DNA of 64,000 nucleotides from IMG/VR virus record IMGVR_UViG_3300027708_000012, positions 62,001-126,000 of that record. One strand, written 5' to 3'. Under the pieces are notes generated by a model. That model ran no database searches. It was given only the letters and a program-made list of their open reading frames with translations, and was not told the DNA's origin. The translations under genes were made by a program, and so were the position numbers. Positions within the stretch are counted from its first letter, which is position 1, and every line of letters starts with the position of its first letter. This document shows, piece by piece, positions 43,065 through 53,380 of this stretch.

Positions 43065-43894
43065 TCGGCACCTTCGTCGAATCGCTTAACAGCGGCTGCA
43101 TGCTCCCCTGAACCGGTTCTGCTATAACTTGGATTCATACCATTAATTTCTAAAATGTCATCTCGAATATTTTGATTGCGTTTTTCTGTATTGATAACAC
43201 GAACAAAACTATTTGTAACAGCTGCGGTAAAATAAGCAAACGGATTATCGCTTTTAGACTCATCAAATTGTAGACCAATTTGTGTTAATTGCAAAATAGC
43301 CATGCCTTTCATTTCGTCGTTATAGGTATAACCCCGAACATTACCTCGTGTAGCATATCGTTCGCATAGTTTGATCATCATCTTAGCCAGTGTATTTGAT
43401 ATAGATCCAGCATCTTTGTCAAAATGACCCTTTTCTAGATCACCCTTCCAGTGACTTTTTCCAACACATATTAAGTTTTCTGGCGCATCGTCATCAAATT
43501 TCCAATGCTGGAACGGAGGAAAGTTCACTTTGTCTCTATGATCTGCAAGACTTTTTGGATTCTTTTTACGAGTTCCGTTTAAAGGAATATGATCAAATGT
43601 CATAATCCTAAAAACAACATCTGTTTTGGCTATTTTTTTATAATCAACTTCACAATCTGCGATTTTAATTTTTTCGCCAAGCGATTTTCTCCGCTCAAAT
43701 TCTTGCTGACCCATGCGTTTAGCACGAACACGCTTGGCTTCAGCTATGCTTCTGATATTAATTTTATCCACACTAGGTAGAATTAGATCATATTGGTGAT
43801 ATTCTGGTTTTGTAAAACTACAATATGATGTTTTACTTCTGTGTATTTCTAACAACATATCTTTGTTGTTTAAATAGTTAACTTTTACTGTCAT
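43061..43894 (-). CDS. gp55: Late transcription sigma factor (gp55-like)
   Basis: NYLNNKDML, N.RGYTYNDEM, FDESKSDNPFAYFT...NSF.RVI..EK. Syntenic with gp47-gp46, as in T4. Confidence 0.88.
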   Translation of the reverse strand: MTVKVNYLNNKDMLLEIHRSKTSYCSFTKPEYHQYDLILPSVDKINIRSIAEAKRVRAKRMGQQEFERRKSLGEKIKIADCEVDYKKIAKTDVVFRIMTFDHIPLNGTRKKNPKSLADHRDKVNFPPFQHWKFDDDAPENLICVGKSHWKGDLEKGHFDKDAGSISNTLAKMMIKLCERYATRGNVRGYTYNDEMKGMAILQLTQIGLQFDESKSDNPFAYFTAAVTNSFVRVINTEKRNQNIRDDILEINGMNPSYSRTGSGEHAAAVKRFDEGAE

Positions 43895-43944
43895 CCTGAG
43901 AGCCCTCTTATATGTAATTATAAACTACGTACATAATAAAGTCA

Positions 43945-43952
43945 AATAAATA
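43945..43952 (+). promoter_or_regulatory. Late promoter core (AATAAATA) for the baseplate operon
   Basis: TAAATA about 25 nt upstream of the 43977 start. Confidence 0.5.
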
Positions 43953-43976
43953 GAGTATCAAAAGGAAAGAAACACT

Positions 43977-44978
43977 ATGTCATTTGGCGATTCATTATTA
44001 AACACTGCAACATCTGTAGGTGGTATAGCGGCCGGCATTGGTATTGCTAGTAATCTGAGCGCGGCACTTGGTACAGGTGCAAATATTCCAGGCGCATTAT
44101 CAAGTGCGATGCGAAGTCTTAATTTACCTCCTGCAGGACAAGCAATTGCAGGACTATTAGGAGCGGCATCAGCAACATTTGGCGGAGATGTTAGTCCAAA
44201 TGATTGGAGAGTCCGTTTAAGTTTGAGTAGCTGGTATAGCTTTCAAACTAGTCCTATCCTTGCTCCTTTAAAACATGCAGGCGGCTTAGTATTTCCTTAT
44301 ACTCCTCAGATTAACATAGCCAGTGCTGCCAAATATACTCCAATTAGTACAATACATACAAATTTTACAATGCAATCCTTTCAAAATAGCGACCCTGGAA
44401 CAATTACTATCACAGCTCCGATGAATGTTGAAGATTCTACACAAGGCCTATATTGGATTGCAGCTGTACATTATTTACGAAGCCTGACAAAAATGTTTAG
44501 TGGTCCTGATGCACTAGCTGGAAATCCTCCTCCTGTTATTTTCTTAAACGGTTATGGAAATCATGTGTTTAAAAATGTTCCAGTAGTTGTAACACAATTC
44601 TCAACTCAATTAGATAATGATTGTGATTATATAAGTGTTGATTTAGCGGCCACCGGTGGCCCGCTAGGTGGGTTAGGTGGAATTGCATCAGGCTTAAATG
44701 ATATTGCAGGAATTGCCGGAGCATCCGCTCTTGGACTTGGCGGCATTGCAAACAAACTAAGTAGTGTAGCTTCTGGATTAGGCTCCATTGCAAATATAGC
44801 AAACACAGTTTCTCAGTTAGGTGGCGGCAGCGTAACAGGCGATGTTAGCCATGTACCTACAAAAAGTAGTTTTTCAGTAACATTACAACCAGTTTATAGT
44901 AGAAGCAGCGTGAAGAATTTCAGCCTCGATACGTTTGTTCAAGGCGGCTACTTAAATAATTCATTCGGATATATCTAA
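43977..44978 (+). CDS. Baseplate/tail-tube initiator-like protein (gp48/gp54-like)
   Basis: DWRVRLS, GLVFPYTPQI, HYLRSLTKMF, GNPPPVIFLNGYG..VF.NVPVVV; first gene of the baseplate operon. Confidence 0.6.
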   Translation: MSFGDSLLNTATSVGGIAAGIGIASNLSAALGTGANIPGALSSAMRSLNLPPAGQAIAGLLGAASATFGGDVSPNDWRVRLSLSSWYSFQTSPILAPLKHAGGLVFPYTPQINIASAAKYTPISTIHTNFTMQSFQNSDPGTITITAPMNVEDSTQGLYWIAAVHYLRSLTKMFSGPDALAGNPPPVIFLNGYGNHVFKNVPVVVTQFSTQLDNDCDYISVDLAATGGPLGGLGGIASGLNDIAGIAGASALGLGGIANKLSSVASGLGSIANIANTVSQLGGGSVTGDVSHVPTKSSFSVTLQPVYSRSSVKNFSLDTFVQGGYLNNSFGYI

Positions 44979-44979
44979 T

Positions 44980-45279
44980 ATGGCCAAATATTCAAACACT
45001 AGTCCTTGGTATAAGACACCAGTAACTAATAATTATTTAAATATTTTAACTATTCGTCCAGTTAGTGCCGAGACTGATGATTTCTTTTATCACATTGAAG
45101 CACAATATGCATATCGTCCAGATTTATTAGCGTATGACTTATATGGTACATCTAATTTATGGTGGGTATTCATGCAAAGAAATTTAAATGTTATCCAGGA
45201 TCCTATACTAGATTTTGTACCAGGTACTGGCATTTTTATTTGCAAAAAAAATAGTTTAGTAAAGGCATTAGGACTATAA
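44980..45279 (+). CDS. gp53: Baseplate wedge protein (gp53-like, LysM-like)
   Basis: YRPDLLAYDLYG.SNLWWVF..RN motif. Confidence 0.8.
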   Translation: MAKYSNTSPWYKTPVTNNYLNILTIRPVSAETDDFFYHIEAQYAYRPDLLAYDLYGTSNLWWVFMQRNLNVIQDPILDFVPGTGIFICKKNSLVKALGL

Positions 45280-47714
45280 TGGGAATATTTGATCCGTTAG
45301 GTTCCACTATATCACATGTTGGATCTAGTTTAGTATCTGGTGCATCTAATGCAATAACAGCAGTAGAGCACGGTCTAGCTTCAGGCCTGTCTGCTGCAAC
45401 TAATGCATTATCTGGTGTAACGTCAGCTCTTGGAAATTTGTCTGGCGGAGTGTCCGGCATTCTGTCTGTTGCAAATAGTTTTGGTTCTTCTTTTGTATCA
45501 TTATCAGGACCAGCAAACAGTGAATTTCCTTTGCCTAATCCTCTATTTGATTATGCAACTTATAACTGTCTTATTGGATTGGCAGCATTGCCTAAAGATT
45601 TTTTAGAAAATCCCGATAGCACTTATCGAGTTGGAGCAAGGGCCCCTTTAATTGCAAAATCCGCCAGCATTGATCCTGAGAATCGAGTTCGTTTAGCAGA
45701 AGGATCTTTTGAATTTTATATAGATGATCTTAAAATACATAGTATGGTAGGATGGGAACAGGGTAAAAATAGTAATGCACAGACAATGTCATTTAAAATA
45801 TTTGAACCATACAGTATGGGATTGTTTTTTGAAGCACTACAAGTTACAGCACAAAAATTAGGGTTTAAGAATTGGACAGATGCGCCCTATATGATAACAA
45901 TTGAATTCCAGGGAAATAAAGAAACTGGACAGATGGAATTTATTCCCAAGACAGACAGACAAATTCCAATTAATATAACTGACATACAAATGAGGGTTAC
46001 CAACGAAGGTACTCATTACGATTGTGTGGCCAATCCGTATAATCAAGCAGCACTAACAGATGGTTTTAAAAACTTTCAATCTGATTTGGCTATTAAAGGA
46101 ACAACTGTACAAGAGATGTTGCAGTCAGGACCAAAAAGTTTAGAATCTGTTATTAATCAAAAACTAAGAGAAGTTGCTAAAATTAATAACATAGAACGAC
46201 CAGATAGGATATTAATTTTATTTCCAAAAGAAGCTGCGTCAGAAGCAGCTAGTAGCGGATCAACTTCTGGTGACACAGAAGCTAACCCTGATACAAATGC
46301 TGCAACAACCGCATCGGACCCGGTCAGTGTTAGCGATAGCAAATCGGTAACCATAAAATTAAATGTGACTGAAAGTGAGCATCATAATTTAATACAATCT
46401 AAAGATGATGTTAACGATATTGGTAGAGCTAAAATGGGTTTTTCTCAAACTCGTCGAGGCGATGCGCCTATGGGCAACGATAAAGACGTATATGATGCCG
46501 AAGGCAAAATCATGAGTCGTAATCAAAATCCAATTGATGTAAATCAATCAGATATGAAGTTTAGACAAGACACTGATATTTTAAATGCTATAAATCAAGT
46601 TATACTACAAAGTGAATTTATTGATCAAACCTTAGACCCTGGAGCTGTTACTGCGGAAGGATACAAAGGTTGGTGGAATATTGATACACAAGTTTATATC
46701 ATTGGTGAGATGAATAAAGCAACAGGTGTTCCTCCTAAACTATTAGTTTATAGAGTGTTACCTTATAAATTACACATGAGTTCGGGACCTACTCCTCCTA
46801 ACGTTAAACCTGCTGGCGTTGCTGCTCTTAAAAAACAAGCAGTAAAAGAATACAACTATATCTACACTGGAAAAAATGTTGATATACTTAAATTTGACAT
46901 TAACTTTAAAGCTAATTTCAGAGGAGTGCTGTTAGCAGATGGCGGCACAGCTAATCAAAGTGTAGTTACTCAGTCCAATACTGGTGGATCTAAAGAAAAC
47001 AATGTTCCAGAAATTGAAGCTATCACTCCAGGAAATAATCCGTCAACAGCTCCTTCTATTCCTACTAGTGTAAGTTATTTTCAAACACTGTCTAATACTG
47101 ATAAATTTGGTGGCGGCGGCGCCGAAACTCAAGCTACACGAGCAGCAAGAATGTTTCACGATAGCGTTACCGCAGGTTTTGATATGATGTCTCTAGATAT
47201 GACAATAGTAGGAGACCCATATTATATTGCAATGAGCGGAACTGGAAATTATACAGCACAAGCATCAACTGAAAATCTCAATGAAGACGGGTCAATAAGC
47301 TATCAAACTGGAGAAGTACACATCGTGGTTAATTTTAGAACTCCTATTGATATTGATCTAAATAAAGGGCTGTATAATTTTGGTAGCAATCCTACTGTGC
47401 CTGTTCATAGTTTTAGCGGTTTATATAGAGTACAATCAATTGATAGTACATTTTCAAAAAATCAATTTACACAAGATTTACATCTATTTAGAATAAGAAA
47501 TCAAGAACTGGCCGGAGCAGGAACAGCATCTGCTGCACTAGCTGTAACTAGAACTGAGCCATACAAAGGACCGCCTGACTCGGATGAAACAGGCGGTGGC
47601 ACTAGTGCATCGTCTCCTGCATCGTCAGATCCAGAAATGCAAGATCAAAGCGAATCAGGTGCAGGTAGCACAGAGCCAGGTAGTACAGAAGGCCAAGAGG
47701 AATCAGGAACATAA
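45279..47714 (+). CDS. Baseplate hub protein (gp27/gpD-like)
   Basis: 811 aa between gp53 and gp5. EPYS.GLF, KEYNYIYTGKNVDIL.F, IVGDPYY, FSGLYRV..I.S.F...FTQ.L. Confidence 0.6.
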   Translation: MGIFDPLGSTISHVGSSLVSGASNAITAVEHGLASGLSAATNALSGVTSALGNLSGGVSGILSVANSFGSSFVSLSGPANSEFPLPNPLFDYATYNCLIGLAALPKDFLENPDSTYRVGARAPLIAKSASIDPENRVRLAEGSFEFYIDDLKIHSMVGWEQGKNSNAQTMSFKIFEPYSMGLFFEALQVTAQKLGFKNWTDAPYMITIEFQGNKETGQMEFIPKTDRQIPINITDIQMRVTNEGTHYDCVANPYNQAALTDGFKNFQSDLAIKGTTVQEMLQSGPKSLESVINQKLREVAKINNIERPDRILILFPKEAASEAASSGSTSGDTEANPDTNAATTASDPVSVSDSKSVTIKLNVTESEHHNLIQSKDDVNDIGRAKMGFSQTRRGDAPMGNDKDVYDAEGKIMSRNQNPIDVNQSDMKFRQDTDILNAINQVILQSEFIDQTLDPGAVTAEGYKGWWNIDTQVYIIGEMNKATGVPPKLLVYRVLPYKLHMSSGPTPPNVKPAGVAALKKQAVKEYNYIYTGKNVDILKFDINFKANFRGVLLADGGTANQSVVTQSNTGGSKENNVPEIEAITPGNNPSTAPSIPTSVSYFQTLSNTDKFGGGGAETQATRAARMFHDSVTAGFDMMSLDMTIVGDPYYIAMSGTGNYTAQASTENLNEDGSISYQTGEVHIVVNFRTPIDIDLNKGLYNFGSNPTVPVHSFSGLYRVQSIDSTFSKNQFTQDLHLFRIRNQELAGAGTASAALAVTRTEPYKGPPDSDETGGGTSASSPASSDPEMQDQSESGAGSTEPGSTEGQEESGT

Positions 47715-47715
47715 T

Positions 47716-49401
47716 ATGGGAAAATCCAACGATCCAGGAATTAGCACAATTGCACAACCGGATCCCAAACCGGGCCCGTTTTTAGCTAAAGTGGTTAGCA
47801 ATGCCGATCCTACCTACATGGGTATTTTAGAAGTACAAATATTAAGACCAACTGGTGGAAGTACTAGTGAAGGACAATTACATCAAGTAAAATATATGAG
47901 TCCTTTCTTTACCGCAACAAATACAAACTATAACGGCGAAGATAACGATTATAATAATACACAAAAGTCAGCGGGATTTTGGATGGCTCCTCCTAATCCT
48001 GGACAGATTGTAATGATATTTTTTATTGACGGAGATCCTAAACAAGGATACTGGATGGGATGTGTTCCTGACGGCGCCGCCAATTTTATGACCCCAGGTA
48101 TAGCAGCAACTGAAAATTGTGTAGAAGGTGGAATAGATACTCCATACGGTCATGCAGATCGTGTTCCAGTTGCAGAATATAATAAAAACGCACCTGAAAA
48201 TAAAACATTAACAGATCCAAACAAGATTAAAAAACCTATTCATCCATTTGCACAAATACTTGCAGATCAAGGATTAATATTAGACGATGTGCGCGGCATA
48301 ACAACTAGTAGTTCTAGAAGAGAATCTCCTAGTATGGTTTTTGGTATCAGTACCCCAGGACCGTTAGATAAGCAATCGGGTTCGCAAACAGGAAATTACG
48401 GTAAACCAGAACATTTAATTAAAAATGGTCCTGTAAGCAGATTAGGCGGATCGTCTTTTATAATGGACGATGGAGATGATAAATTTTTAAGAAAAACATC
48501 TCCTAGTGAAGGTCCGCCTGAATATGCTGCTGTAGAAGAAAAAGAAAAAGACGGTGATGTTACTCGTCCGCATAATGAATTAATCAGACTACGTACCCGA
48601 ACTGGCCATCAAATACTATTGCATAATAGTGAAGATCTCATTTATATCACTAACAGTCGAGGCACAGCATGGATTGAATTAACCAGCGACGGTAAGATTG
48701 ATGTTTATGCTCAAGACAGTATTAGTATACGTACACAAAACGATTTAAATTTTTATGCAGATCGAGATATTAATATTGAAGCTGGTAGAAATTTTAATTT
48801 AAAAGTTGCAGAACGTCATCAAACAGAAGTAGGCATGGATAAAATTTGTATAGTCAACGGCAATGTTGCTATTCAAGTTGACGGAACTCATGACGAAACA
48901 ATTACTGGAGATACAGCAATTAGTATTGCAGGTGCATTAGATATAGATGTTGGCTCAGGTACAAAACTATCATCAGGCGGTGATTTTGATGTCAACACCG
49001 GCGGTGGAAATAAGTTTACATCAGGCGGAGATGCAGATATAAAAGCTGCTAATACTACCATTTCTGGAGGTAACATTAATTTCAACGGGCCTGCGGCAGG
49101 CGCTGCAACAGCTGCGGCATCTGCTACTGCTCCCGAGCCGCTTAGTACCTTTGATAATCCAACAGAAGTCGAAGGCGATACTATTACCAGTATCATGTTA
49201 CGTATTCCTACAACTGAGCCGTACCCTCATCACGAAAATCTAGATCCTACTATGTTTAAGACAGATTTAACAGATAGGGAATCAGGTAGTGCAATAGATC
49301 CACCCGCAGCATGGAAACAATATTCTACTTCAATTGATACGTTTTCTCGTAATATTCCGCTACAAGGTCAAATAGAAGACCAATACTCTGAGACAATATA
49401 A
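47716..49401 (+). CDS. gp5: Baseplate central spike (gp5/VgrG-like; no lysozyme domain evident)
   Basis: OB-fold-like N-terminus (GPFLAKVV...GFWMAPP..G..V...F.DGD...GYWMGC), RTRTGHQILLH, beta-helix repeats. Start moved to the ATG at 47716, just after the upstream stop. Confidence 0.75.
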   Translation: MGKSNDPGISTIAQPDPKPGPFLAKVVSNADPTYMGILEVQILRPTGGSTSEGQLHQVKYMSPFFTATNTNYNGEDNDYNNTQKSAGFWMAPPNPGQIVMIFFIDGDPKQGYWMGCVPDGAANFMTPGIAATENCVEGGIDTPYGHADRVPVAEYNKNAPENKTLTDPNKIKKPIHPFAQILADQGLILDDVRGITTSSSRRESPSMVFGISTPGPLDKQSGSQTGNYGKPEHLIKNGPVSRLGGSSFIMDDGDDKFLRKTSPSEGPPEYAAVEEKEKDGDVTRPHNELIRLRTRTGHQILLHNSEDLIYITNSRGTAWIELTSDGKIDVYAQDSISIRTQNDLNFYADRDINIEAGRNFNLKVAERHQTEVGMDKICIVNGNVAIQVDGTHDETITGDTAISIAGALDIDVGSGTKLSSGGDFDVNTGGGNKFTSGGDADIKAANTTISGGNINFNGPAAGAATAAASATAPEPLSTFDNPTEVEGDTITSIMLRIPTTEPYPHHENLDPTMFKTDLTDRESGSAIDPPAAWKQYSTSIDTFSRNIPLQGQIEDQYSETI

Positions 49402-49403
49402 TT

Positions 49404-49841
49404 ATGGCAAATACTTTATACACTACCAAAGAAGTTCACACTCTTCCAGCTCACCCACCGCCTATAACAAGACGCTATCGTGGATTTAGTACAGTTAGTA
49501 AATCAACTGAAAATTTTTCTTTATTTGATTTTGAATTAATAAAACAAGATTTATTAAATCACTTTTATGTAAGGCAAGGCGAGCGATTAATGAATCCAGC
49601 TTTTGGAACTATAATTTGGGACGTTATATTCGAACCGTTAACTAATGAAATACAAAATCTTATTTTGCAAAATGTAAATGAGATTTTTAGTAGTGACCCT
49701 CGAGTAAGAGCCAAGAGTATAGTTATTACTCCTTACGATACTGGTTTAGAAATACAATGTACATTAGAATATCTGCTTTACAACATACAAGAAAGCATGA
49801 GATTAAAGTTTGATCAGAATAACGGGTTGACGAGACAATAA
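49404..49841 (+). CDS. gp25: Baseplate wedge subunit (gp25-like)
   Basis: YRGFST, LIKQDLLNHF..RQGERLMNP.FGT.IW..IFEP, DPRV. Confidence 0.88.
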   Translation: MANTLYTTKEVHTLPAHPPPITRRYRGFSTVSKSTENFSLFDFELIKQDLLNHFYVRQGERLMNPAFGTIIWDVIFEPLTNEIQNLILQNVNEIFSSDPRVRAKSIVITPYDTGLEIQCTLEYLLYNIQESMRLKFDQNNGLTRQ

Positions 49842-49864
49842 ACTACCCACATAATTTGATCTAA

Positions 49865-49870
49865 TAAATA
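49865..49870 (+). promoter_or_regulatory. Late promoter core (TAAATA)
   Basis: In the 47-nt gap before gp6. Confidence 0.5.
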
Positions 49871-49888
49871 CACTTATTAGGATACATT

Positions 49889-52800
49889 ATGAGCTCAACG
49901 GATAGACAGAATAACCTGTTAATTGCTGAAAATTGGCAAAAAATTTATCAATCATTTAAAAATGCGGACTTCCAAAGTTACGACTTTGAGAACTTACGCC
50001 GCACAATGATTGACTATATCCGAACAAATTTTCCTGAAGATTTTAACGATTATATTGAGTCTAGCGAATACCTAGCCCTAATTGACCTTATTGCATTTGT
50101 GGGCCAAAGCATAGCTTTCCGTGTTGACTTAAATGCTCGCGAAAACTTCTTAGAACTAGCAGAACGCAGAGATAGCATACTTCGATTGAGTCGAATGATA
50201 GGCTATAATGCCAGTCGTAATCAAGCAGCAACTGGACTTTTAAAATTTAATACAGTTAGTACTACCGAAGCTATTATTGACAGTAATGGTCGAAATCTTG
50301 CAGGACAAACTATTCAATGGAATGATCCCAGTAACGTTAATTGGTATGATCAATTTATTAAAATAATAAACGCAGCACTTCCACAAAATCATCAGTTTGG
50401 TACTCCTATTGATTCTGCTAAAATTTACGGAATTCCTACAGCACAATACAGATTTAATGCATCTAATAACAACGTTCCGATTTATAATTTTACTAAAACA
50501 GTATCTGGACGTAGTATGAATTTTGAAGTAACTAGTACAACTTTCAAAGGAAAAACATACATTTACGAAGAAGCACCTAAAGTGGGTAATAGTATTGCTT
50601 TTATCTATAGAGATGATGGCTTTGGTGCAACCAGTCCTACAACTGGATTCTTTTTTAATTTTACACAGGGCACATTAAACAATGGTTCCTTCTCAGTAAC
50701 GCATCCTGTTAGCAATCAAACAGTGGATATTGCTACACAAAATATTAACAATACTGATATTTGGGTATACTCTATTGATCAAAACACTGGATTAGAAACC
50801 GAGCTATGGACTCAAGTTCCATCGACTACCGGAAACAATGTTATCTATAATAGTTTAAATTCAAAAATTAAAAACATTTATAGTGTTGTTACTAGAGCAG
50901 GGGATGCAATTACACTTAATTTCAGTGATGGAATTTTTGGAAATTTACCTTTAGGACAATTTAGAATTTATTATAGAGTTAGTAATGCGCTTCACTACTC
51001 AATAAATCCAGCTGATATTGTCAATATTAGCGTAGCTATTCCTTATATTAGTACAAAAAATAAAGTTGAAACACTTACTATTAGTTTAAGTTTACCAACT
51101 AGTGTGTCAAATTCAACTACGGCAGAAACAAATGCTAGCATTAAAACTAATGCACCCCAAACATACTATATGCAAGATCGTATGGTTACAGGTGAAGATT
51201 ATAACATTGGTCCGCTAAGTGCAAATTTATCAGTAGCTAAAGTTAAAGCTATTAATAGAACAAGCAGTGGTATTAGTAGATACTTTGACCTTACTGATCC
51301 TACTGGAAAATATTCTAAAACAAACTTGTTTGCTGACGACGGAGTATTATACCAAGAGATTTATATTTCTGATATAAATTTTTCATATGTTACACAAACT
51401 GATATTCAAGGTGTGATTTATAATACTGTTTACGATTTATTAAATACTCCCGACTTACGAAATTTCTATTATGCAAATTACTTAGATTTTTTAAACGTTA
51501 GTCTTAATATACAATGGAATGCTGTTACTTCTGATAGTAATAGTTCTACTGGTTATATAAGTTTAATTAATAACACTCCGGGAATTTTTCTTTCTCCGCT
51601 TAAAGTTGGAACTTATGCATCAACTGATTTAAAATATCTTACAGTGGGATCTCTAATTAAATTTGTAGCACCAACTGGATTCTATTTTGATACAGCTAAT
51701 AATAATGTTCTTATTTCAGGAACAGCAAATGTTTTAAATTCTTCAACATATGTTTGGGCAGAAGTAGTAAATGTTGTTGATAATGGAACAGCTGGTGGCA
51801 AAGGCATATTACCAACAAATGCTGGACCAATAACATTGAATAAATCAATTCCAACTACTGCCATTGCTACACAGGTAATTCCTCAATTCACTGTTACTAT
51901 TAGTCCCACAGTTGTTACTGGTATGATAGATAAAATATTTGCTAATCTTAATTTTGGTTTACGCTACGATGCAACTACACAAAGTTGGCAATTAATTTCA
52001 GCAGCTAATTTAAACACAGTTGATCAGTTTAGTTTAGGTAATCAGGGTAATACAGATAATTTACAATTAGATTCTAGTTGGTTGTTATTGTTTACCACAG
52101 ACACTGAAAAATATACTATAACAACAAGAAATTTACGTTATATTTTTGAAAGTGATAAAGATGTCACTTTCTATTTTGATACAAATGCAGTTGTTTATGA
52201 TACTGTATCGAGTACAACTGTGTTAGATACAATTAAAGTACTCGGTGTCAATACTAAACCTGACAGTACTAATCCGTTTACATTAGATTTAACATGGGAA
52301 GTCACTTCAGCTTATACTGGAAAAGATGGCTATATTGATCCTAAAAAGATTATATTAACATTTGCAAATTCTAGCGGATCTAATGTAGTGGATAATCCTC
52401 AGCTATTTTTAGATATAGTTGATCCATCAGTTAACCCATTACGTAAGTATGTTGTTGAACAGAGATATTCTATATCATCAGGACAAGAAGATTACAAATA
52501 TGTATTAAATGATCCATATAATGGTCCAGTAAGAATTTTTAACAGTCGAAGTGATCCTAGACTAGGATCGTTACAACAATATGCAGATGGATCGTATTTT
52601 TACTTTGTTGATTCTGCTACAGTGTTTAAGTTAACAGCATCTACAGGAAAATTATCTCCTACTTTAGATTATAAAGTATACGTTGGAAGAGATAGATTGA
52701 AGTTTCAGTATGTTCATAGTGCAGACTACGATAGTAGAATAGATCCAGGTAATAGTAATATCATGGATATCTATATATTAACTACTAGTTACGATACATT

Positions 52801-53380
52801 ATTTAGACAATGGGTAACTAACGGAACAACAGGAGTCAAACCGTTGCCTCCTAGTAGTAGTGAGTTAAACAGTATACTAAGTTCTAATTTAAATTTAATT
52901 AAATCTATAAGTGACGAAATAATATATCATCCAGTAAATTATACATTATTATTTGGATCAAATGCTGATATATCCTTGCAAGCAAATTTTAATGCTATGA
53001 TAAATTCAAATAGTGCTGTATCGAATTCAGACGTACAGGCACGAATATTAAAAGCAATTAATACATTCTTTGCATTAGATAACTGGGATTTTGGAGACAC
53101 ATTTTATTTTACGGAGTTGAGTACATATGTAATGAATCAACTAGCACCTGACTTAATTTCATTTGTAATAGTTCCAGTGCAACCTAATCATTTCTTCGGA
53201 GCATTATTTGAAATACAGTGCTCTACTGATAGTATATTTTTAAGTTGTGCTACAACAGATAATATTATTATTGTAAACGGATTAACTAGCAGCAATTTAA
53301 AAACCATTGGCGCATCACCAACAAATAGTCTTACGACCAACCAAACAGTGACTAGCAATTCAATCGGAGGAACTATTTAA
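49889..53380 (+). CDS. gp6: Baseplate wedge protein (gp6-like)
   Basis: DFENLR..MIDY, FNDYIESSE, ENFLELAERRDSILRL...IGY, FSDGIFG.LP, QDRMVTGEDY; follows gp25. Confidence 0.85.
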   Translation: MSSTDRQNNLLIAENWQKIYQSFKNADFQSYDFENLRRTMIDYIRTNFPEDFNDYIESSEYLALIDLIAFVGQSIAFRVDLNARENFLELAERRDSILRLSRMIGYNASRNQAATGLLKFNTVSTTEAIIDSNGRNLAGQTIQWNDPSNVNWYDQFIKIINAALPQNHQFGTPIDSAKIYGIPTAQYRFNASNNNVPIYNFTKTVSGRSMNFEVTSTTFKGKTYIYEEAPKVGNSIAFIYRDDGFGATSPTTGFFFNFTQGTLNNGSFSVTHPVSNQTVDIATQNINNTDIWVYSIDQNTGLETELWTQVPSTTGNNVIYNSLNSKIKNIYSVVTRAGDAITLNFSDGIFGNLPLGQFRIYYRVSNALHYSINPADIVNISVAIPYISTKNKVETLTISLSLPTSVSNSTTAETNASIKTNAPQTYYMQDRMVTGEDYNIGPLSANLSVAKVKAINRTSSGISRYFDLTDPTGKYSKTNLFADDGVLYQEIYISDINFSYVTQTDIQGVIYNTVYDLLNTPDLRNFYYANYLDFLNVSLNIQWNAVTSDSNSSTGYISLINNTPGIFLSPLKVGTYASTDLKYLTVGSLIKFVAPTGFYFDTANNNVLISGTANVLNSSTYVWAEVVNVVDNGTAGGKGILPTNAGPITLNKSIPTTAIATQVIPQFTVTISPTVVTGMIDKIFANLNFGLRYDATTQSWQLISAANLNTVDQFSLGNQGNTDNLQLDSSWLLLFTTDTEKYTITTRNLRYIFESDKDVTFYFDTNAVVYDTVSSTTVLDTIKVLGVNTKPDSTNPFTLDLTWEVTSAYTGKDGYIDPKKIILTFANSSGSNVVDNPQLFLDIVDPSVNPLRKYVVEQRYSISSGQEDYKYVLNDPYNGPVRIFNSRSDPRLGSLQQYADGSYFYFVDSATVFKLTASTGKLSPTLDYKVYVGRDRLKFQYVHSADYDSRIDPGNSNIMDIYILTTSYDTLFRQWVTNGTTGVKPLPPSSSELNSILSSNLNLIKSISDEIIYHPVNYTLLFGSNADISLQANFNAMINSNSAVSNSDVQARILKAINTFFALDNWDFGDTFYFTELSTYVMNQLAPDLISFVIVPVQPNHFFGALFEIQCSTDSIFLSCATTDNIIIVNGLTSSNLKTIGASPTNSLTTNQTVTSNSIGGTI

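Noticed and set aside
47584-47715. ORF-track N-terminal extensions (gp5 from 47584; also starts at 14187, 30797 and 31182)
   Set aside because: They overlap upstream genes or promoters. Downstream ATGs with an SD or promoter spacing (47716, 14175, 30764, 31116) fit better.
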